Positions 57,201 through 64,000 of a stretch of 64,000 nucleotides of DNA are shown one piece after another. Each line of letters begins with the position of its first letter. Positions within the stretch are counted from its first letter, which is position 1. Where the stretch lies: assembly GCA_009914755.4 (NCBI GenBank), contig CP068257.2, positions 2,304,001-2,368,000 on the forward strand, in the 5' to 3' direction. Below the pieces are notes generated by a model. It ran no database searches. It worked only from the letters and a program-made list of their open reading frames with translations, and was not told where the DNA came from. The stretch is from the human T2T-CHM13v2.0 reference genome, Homo sapiens. The position numbers and the translations under genes are program-made.

Positions 57201-57940
57201 CATCACCACTGTTTTTGTTTTTTAGTATAAAGAGTAGTATTTTATTGAATAAGATTTGCTCACAGAAAAATAAGCTTAAATCTACAATGAATGCCAGACC
57301 CTACAGCAGAAAGCAATTTTCTCACTTTTCCACACACAATGGTTCCTACTAAGTGAAAAAAAAGCCATAAAATTTCATTCACAAATGTACTACTCTGTCT
57401 CAAAACATCTCACGTAATCATGCACTGTACTAAAGCCATCAGATCAGTTCTTCAGTCAGGTTAAAGAAGTATCCCTCTAATAACTGACTTTTATAATGCT
57501 ATCAATATCCACTCCCAATCAGTCTGCCATTGTTAATGGTGTACAGCATTACTGAATACAACGGAATTGATGACGCCCATATCCACAGACAAACCGTGAC
57601 TTATGATGGTTTGACTTATGATTTTTCAACGTTATGATGGGTTTATTGGAATATTAGATTCGTTTCTGAGTTACACTGGGTTTATGAGTATGCGACCCTA
57701 CACTCCAGAAACAGCTGTATAAGGAAAAACAGGAGTACCTAATAAAAATATGCTTAGTGACTTGGGATAAACCAATAGATGTTCACAAGTGATGGAGAGC
57801 CGTGAAAGAGAGATAGCGGTAAATAGTTACAATAACACAATTTTCCTGCACCTGTCGAGGATTTCCCCCAAAAAACGCAGAATGTGGGATGCACCTAAGG
57901 CATATGAAAGAGAGAGGGCAGAAGGAGTAAGAGAGAAATA

Positions 57941-58031
57941 GGAGGAAGGAAGGAAGGAAAGAAGGAAGGAAGGAAGGAAGGAAGGAAGGAAGGAAGGAAG
58001 GAAGGAAGGAAAGAAGGATGAAAGGAAGGAG
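57941..58031. repeat. (GGAA)n microsatellite, copy 3
   Basis: ggaggaaggaaggaaggaaagaaggaaggaagg... Confidence 0.95.
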
Positions 58032-59024
58032 AAAACACCGGTGTTACTAAAACCCCCCAAAAAATGGTTTCCCCCTGTGGGTAAGCCTACAATGTGGATG
58101 AATCTTGAAAATATTGTGCTACGTGTTATGTCAGTCATAGCAGCTCACCTATTGTGCAATTCCGTTTATAGGAAATGTCCACAATATGGAAATCTATGCA
58201 TATGGGATTGATCGCACTAGGTAGTTGCTACCTAGGGCTGAGGGTCAGGGAGAGGGTTTGAGACAGAATGAGGAGTGACTAATGTCTACAGGGTCTTTCT
58301 CTGGTCGGGGGTGATAAGACGTTTTACAATGGATTGCGAATTAAAATTGAATGTGCACAACCACAGGTATACTAAAAGCCACTCAATTCATGACCTTTAA
58401 TGGGGGAATCTTACGTGGCGTAGTCTCATGGAGACCACGGCAGACATAGTGAGAGAGAAAAAGGTGAGTAAATATCTGAAACGGAGGCAGAAACAGAGAG
58501 AATGAAAAGCCCTGTGAATGGAAGGGAGAGCGAAAAGGGAAAATGGTCCTATTTACAAATGACAGATGTGAAACTGGGGTTCACATCAACAGTGTCACTG
58601 CCAGGAAGGAGGGTCATGCTAGCCATGTCACCGGTAGTGTGGCCCGCAGGGACGCCGACCTGCTGGAGCGTCGTGCCAGCATGGGCTGTGGCAACCACGT
58701 GGGCCAGCAGGAGGTTCCCGCTGCACAGCTGTGGGGTGAGGATAGACTGGGTGGTGATATCGGCCATTACAGGGGCCTCTTCTGCTGGCAAGAGTGTGAC
58801 AGTAGCAAGTAGATGGACAGGCCTGCGTGTGAGGATGGAATGCAGGAGGGGTTCTTGTGCGGCTGGGTGTGGGGCCCTCACGGGAACCGTGGAGAAATGG
58901 CCAGGTAACTGCGTCATGTGGGCTAGTAGATTGGCCAGGGCTTCGAACTGAAGGACGATAACGGGGAGTAGCTGTCAGGCCCTGGGGGTGCCTGAGTGTA
59001 AGTGGAGATGGGTTTGGGGTCACT

Positions 59025-61716
59025 GAGGGATGCGTGGGAGCCATCCCTGTATAGGTACAGGTCATAGGGAGATAGTCTCGTGAGGCCTGTGAGTGTCTAG
59101 GGTTGTCCTGGGTGCCTGGGGCTGACTGTGGCAGAAATCTGGGGAAGGCTGGAGAGAAGCTGGGAGACCCAGGAGAGTCCCTGAAGGCAGGGGGTGAAGA
59201 GGTGAAAGAAATGGGGGAGGGTTGCAGTAAGGTCCGTGAGTTTGTAGGTGATTCCTGGGTGCGGGAAGCTGACTCCAGGTGAAATCTGGAGATGGTTGGA
59301 GAGTAGCTGAGAGAGACAGAAGAGTCCCTGAGGGCTGGGGGTGAGAACATGAGGGAGACGGGGGAGTAAGTCAGTGAAATTCGTGAGTTCGGTGGTGTAT
59401 CGTGGGTGCCTGGAACTGACTCCAGCTGGAATCTAGAGAAGTTTTGAGAGTAGCTGAAGGAGACACAAGAGTCCCTGTGGGCTGAGGGCAAAGACCTGAG
59501 ACAGACCAGGGAGGACCTCAGTGAAGTCTGTGAGTCTGTAGGTGATTCCGGAGTGTGGGAGGCTGACTCCCGCTGAAATCTGGGCGTGGTGGGAGAGTAG
59601 CTGGGACAGACAGGAGAGTCCCAGGGGGCTGGGGGTGAAGACGTGAGAGAGACTGGGGAGTAACTCAGTGAAATTGCTGAGTTGGTTGGTGATACCTGGG
59701 TGCCTGGAACTGACCCCCGCTGAAATCTGGGCATGGTTGGAGAGTAGCTGGGACACACAGGAGAGTCCCTGAGGGCTGGGGGTGAAGACATGAGCGAGAC
59801 CGGGGAGTAACTGAGTGAAACTGGTGAGTTTGGTGGTGACTCCGGGGTGCCTGGAACTGACTCCAGCTGAAATGTGGGCGTGGTTGGAGAGTAGCTGGGA
59901 CAGACAGGAGAGTCCCTGAGGACTGGTGAAGACATGAGAGAGACTGGAGAGTAATTGAGTGAAATTGGTGAGTTTGGTGGTGATTCCTGGGTGCCTGGAA
60001 CTGACTCCCGCTGAAGTGTGGGCATGGTTGGAGAGTAGCTGGGACAGACGGGAGAGTCCCTGAGGGATGGTGAAGACATGAGAGAGACTAGAGAGTAATT
60101 GAGTGAAATTGGTGAGTTTGGTGGTGATTTCTCGGTGCCTGCAACGGACTCCCGCTGAAGTGTGGGCGTGCTTGGAGAGTAGCTGGGACAGACAGGCGAG
60201 TCCCTGAGGGTTGGAGATAAAGACGTGCTAGAGACTGAGGAGTAACTGAGTGAAATTGGTGAGTTTGGTGGTGATTCCGGGGTGCCTGGAACGGACTCCA
60301 GCTGAAATGTGGGCGTGGTTGGAGAGTAGCTGGGACAGACGGGAGAGTCCCTGAGGGATGGTGAAGACATGAGAGAGACTGGGGAGTAACGCAGTGAAAT
60401 TGGTGAGTTTGGTGGTGATTTCTGGGTGCCTGCAACGGACTCCCGCTGAAGTGTGGGCGTGCTTGGAGAGTAGCTGGGACAGACAGGCGAGTCCCTGAGG
60501 GTTGGAGATAAAGACGTGCTAGAGACTGAGGAGTAACTGAGTGAAATTGGTGAGTTTGGTGGTGATTCCGGGGTGCCTGGAACGGACTCCAGCTGAAATG
60601 TGGGCGTGGTTGGAGAGTAGCTGGGACAGACGGGAGAGTCCCTGAGGGATGGTGAAGACATGAGAGAGACTGGGGAGTAACGCAGTGAAATTGGTGAGTT
60701 TGGTGGTGATTTCTGGGTGCCTGCAACGGACTCCCGCTGAAGTGTGGGCGTGCTTGGAGAGTAGCTGGGACAGACAGGCGAGTCCCTGAGGGTTGGAGAT
60801 AAAGACGTGCTGGAGACTGGGGAGTAACTCAGTGAAAGTGGTGGGCTTGGTGGTGATCCCAGGGTTCCTGGAACTGACCCGCGCTGAAATGTGGGCGTGG
60901 TTGGAGAGTAGCTGGGACAGACTGGAGGGTCCGTAAGGGCTGGGGGTGAAGACGTGAGAGAGACTGGCGAGGATCTCACTGAGGTCTGTGAGTTTGTAGG
61001 TGTTTCTGGGGTGTGGGGTACAGACTCCCGCTGAAATCTGGGCGTAGTTGGAGAGTAGCTGGGACAGACAGGAGAGTCATGGGTGGCTGGGGGTGAGCTG
61101 CTGGATGATGGCAGTAAGAACATATGGTACATTATTGATGAATGAGGTGACTGTGAAGAATCTCCAGAGGAGGACACGGGAGAACACAATGACATGAGTG
61201 ACTGTCCTGCTTGGTTAGGAAAGGGAAACGTAAAGTTGTGGAATTCTGTTGATGATGGATGTGAGAGTGGTGAAGCCCTGCGGGATGATGTAGAGGACTT
61301 CCACATCCCTGGTGAGGAGCTGCCCCTTGGGTCTGAGTTTCTGGGAGGGGAGAGGGAGAAGCTGGGTGAGGCAGGCATGAATCTTGAGGAGTCAGGGCTG
61401 GGGGACCGCTCATATTCTCCCGAGACCTGTGAGTCTCTGGGGGACTCCTGGGTGCATGGGGCTGACTCCCGCAGGAACCTGGGGTTGGCTGGAGAGTAAC
61501 TGGGAGCCACAGGAGGGTCCCTGAGGCCTGGGGGTGAAGAGATGCAAGACACAGGGGTGGAGCAGCGTGAGGCTCGTGAGTTTGTAGGTGATTCCTGGGT
61601 GTGGGGGGCTGACTCCAGCTGAAATCTGGGGTTGTTTGGAGAGTAGCTGGGAGACACAGGAGAACCCCCGAGAGCTGGGGGTGAGCTGCTGGGTGATGGC
61701 AGTAAGAACATGTGGT
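59025..61716. repeat. Internal 144/147 bp tandem array, copy 4
   Basis: Same as copy 3. Confidence 0.85.
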
Positions 61717-62105
61717 ATATTATTGATGAACGTGGGGACTCTGAGGAGTCCTCAGAGGAGGACACAGCAGAGCCCAATGGCTTCATTGATTGCCCATCAC
61801 GGTGAGGACAGGGAAATGGGAGCTTGTGGGATTCTGGTGATGACAGAGGTGAGTGTGGTGAAGCCCTAGGGGATGGTGAATGGTAGTTCCGGATCCCTGG
61901 TGAGGAGCTTCCCCTTAAGCCGGAGTTTCTGAGAGGGGAGAGGGAGAAGCTGGGTGAGGCTCGCATGGACCTTGGGGTGTCCGTGCTGGGGGACCGTTCA
62001 TAAGAAGAGCCAGACAAGAACCTACTGTTCTTAGGTGCAGACATGATTAGGAAACCTGCAGCTCCCAGGGGCCCCCACTAATGTTCTAACTCGCAGAAGG
62101 AAGGA

Positions 62106-62119
62106 GTGTGTGTGCGTGT

Positions 62120-62153
<34 letters not shown>

Positions 62154-62240
62154 TTGTGTGTGTGCGGTGTGAGGTATGGGCCCCTTAAGGAAATGGAAAT
62201 CAACCAACCAATGGGACAGACAGACAGACAGACAGACAGA
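62106..62240. repeat. Compound microsatellite (GT)n ... (GACA)n, copy 4
   Basis: Same structure as copy 1. Confidence 0.95.
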
Positions 62241-63658
62241 GATTCACTTGCCCAAGTGTTCTGTCCTGTCCTCTGAATCCGCTTTCAAGTCGCAAGACGC
62301 TGTGAGCTCCAAGTCCACGCAGAGTCCGCCAAACGCTCCGGCCGCTGATCCGCTCCGCGAAGATCTGAGTACAGGCCAGCCAGGGTGGGTTTAAATAGCC
62401 TCGGGCGCAGCCTAGCAGCGGAAAGGGCGGAGCTTCACTCCTCCTTTCCATCAGTCACCCCCAACTTTCCCAGGCTACACCTCGTAGGAAACTGTTCTCC
62501 TGCTTTGATTTCATGCGCCACCTTTGGGACAATCTAAGAACTTACAGGTTTTCTTGGCCAGATTTATTAGGAATTGTATGCACTGAAACACTGAAAACCA
62601 ACTAGTGGTTCTGTGCTTCCCACGTTGTGGTTTTGACACCAGCAGCATCCTTGCCACAATCAAACCCCGGAGATCCGCAGATCTGTGTTGTAACAAGACC
62701 TCCCCCTGACCCTGAAGCATGGCAGTTGAAGAAGTCTTTCCGTGTAAGCGAAAAGACTTTGAAGAAAAGGTGGAGATATGCGTTGTATAAACATTCTTTG
62801 GCTCTGGAACCACGTAGAGACTTGGGAGCCAGTTGGGTGGAGCATTCGTTGGATGAGGGTGCTCGGGTTAGGAATATCAAGGTGTTTCTCCAGATAATCC
62901 AATCATCTAATTAAGATTCCAGTTATGCTCATCTGTTTTAAAATTCCGTTTGGGTAAATTCTTTTAGTCAGACTGAGAATGGCAAAGCCTCAACCCCAAT
63001 TTCCAGGGAGGGTGGAGAGCCTCAGGTGGAGTTGATCACCAATAGCCTATGGTTTAACCCATCATGCCTATAGAATGAGGTCTCCATCAAAACCCAAAAG
63101 GACTGGGTTCAGAGAGCTTCTGGATAACACTTCCTGGAAGGTAGTGCACCCCTCCCCGCATGCCGGGCCCCACATTTATTTCTGAACCTTGTGCAATGTC
63201 CGCTAAAATACAACGGCAAATGTAAGTGTTTCCCTGCGTGCTGTGAGCTCTTCCAGCAAATGAATGCAACTAAATCTGGGAGTGGTGGCAACCTGATTTA
63301 TAGCCAGTTGCTGAGAAGCACAGGTAAAACAACGTAGGGCTTCCCATTGTTATTGGTGTGGGAGGCCTGTCTGGCGGGACTCGGCCCTTTGGAATCTAAT
63401 GCTATGTCCCGGTAGATAGCGTCACCATTGAATTAGAAGACACACATATGTGGAGAATAATCTTTCTGGTCATTTACTGCATGTCATATTTACAATATGT
63501 AATCAAATTCTTTATCCTGACCTTATGGCACCTGGGTTTAGGACCATGATTTGAACCAAACGTTGGTCTGTCACTTTCTGAGTTTGAAACTTTATTTTGC
63601 CTTTAGCGTTTTGCTATTGCTTTTTCGTTTTCTTTTGTTTCGTTTCGTTTCTAAGTTC

Positions 63659-63925
63659 TGGGGTATATGTGCAGGATGTGCAGATTTGTTACTAAGGTAA
63701 ACGTGTGCCATGGTGGTTTGCTGCACCTGTCAACCCGTCACCTAGGTATTAAGCCCAGCATGCAGTAGCTGTTTTTCTTAACGCTCTGCCTCCCGAAAGG
63801 CCCCAGTGTGTGTTGTTCCCCTTCCTGTGTCCATGGGATCTCACTTTTCAGCTCCCATTATAAGTGAGAAGGTGGCGTTTGGTTTTCTTTCCCTGGATTA
63901 GTTTGCTGACGATAATGACCACACA
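63659..63925 (-). mobile_element. L1 3'-end fragment, copy 4
   Basis: Paralog of the copy 1 fragment. Confidence 0.85.
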
Positions 63926-64000
63926 TCACCACTGTTTTTGTTTTTTAGTATAAAGAGTAGTATTTTATTGAATAAGATTTGCTCACAGAAAAATAAGCTT

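Larger units (their letters stand above)
51525..58245. repeat. Macrosatellite unit, copy 3 (~6.72 kb)
   Basis: Landmark offsets are +6462. It has two more internal subunits than copy 2 (+291 bp = 144 + 147). Confidence 0.9.
58246..64000. repeat. Macrosatellite unit, copy 4 (partial, truncated by window end)
   Basis: Landmark offsets are +6721. It is nearly identical to copy 3 (the same 1138-aa ORF with single-residue differences), so the array probably continues beyond the window. Confidence 0.9.

Overview
This window is primate (human-type) nuclear DNA from a repeat-dense, duplication-rich heterochromatin-adjacent region. It looks pericentromeric, acrocentric short-arm or subtelomere-like. 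It is not a prokaryotic locus, so no operons, CRISPR arrays or defence systems are present. Reading left to right:

- (a) 1.3-10.3 kb: a tandem satellite with a roughly 70-77 bp monomer that contains a near-perfect palindrome. The array changes orientation several times, carries one Alu, and is split by a 2.9 kb composite NUMT of three rearranged mtDNA segments (12S rRNA, COX1 plus tRNAs, and COX3/tRNA-Gly/ND3).
- (b) 10.3-12.3 kb: an L1 3' portion with nested LTR-like insertions.
- (c) 12.3-28 kb: AT-rich, apparently non-genic DNA carrying about 19 Alu elements and a 0.5 kb local duplication.
- (d) 28-34.4 kb: two paralogous old L1 ORF2 segments, separated by a GC-rich tandem repeat of about 315 bp (~3.6 units) that is flanked by a 165 bp direct duplication.
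- (e) 34.36-35.45 kb: a degenerate interstitial (CCCTAA)n telomere tract fused directly to a truncated L1, followed by TAR1 subtelomeric sequence.
- (f) 35.45-38.78 kb: about 16 copies of a ~200-220 bp tandem repeat with an embedded (TA)n.
- (g) 38.78 kb to the window end: at least four head-to-tail copies of a 6.3-6.7 kb macrosatellite unit. Each unit holds a 144/147 bp (3n) internal tandem array (ACRO1-like composite), a GT/GACA compound microsatellite beside a TATA/CCAAT/GC-box promoter-like segment, a minus-strand L1 3'-end fragment and a (GGAA)n tract.

No bona fide protein-coding gene could be supported. The six-frame ORF track consists almost entirely of repeat-derived artefacts: satellite, GC-rich repeat and VNTR read-throughs, L1 ORF2 remnants and NUMT fragments. 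The most notable structures are the macrosatellite with its in-frame internal VNTR and the very long Ser/Pro-rich ORFs running through it; the interstitial telomere-TAR1 junction; and the palindromic satellite with the embedded NUMT.
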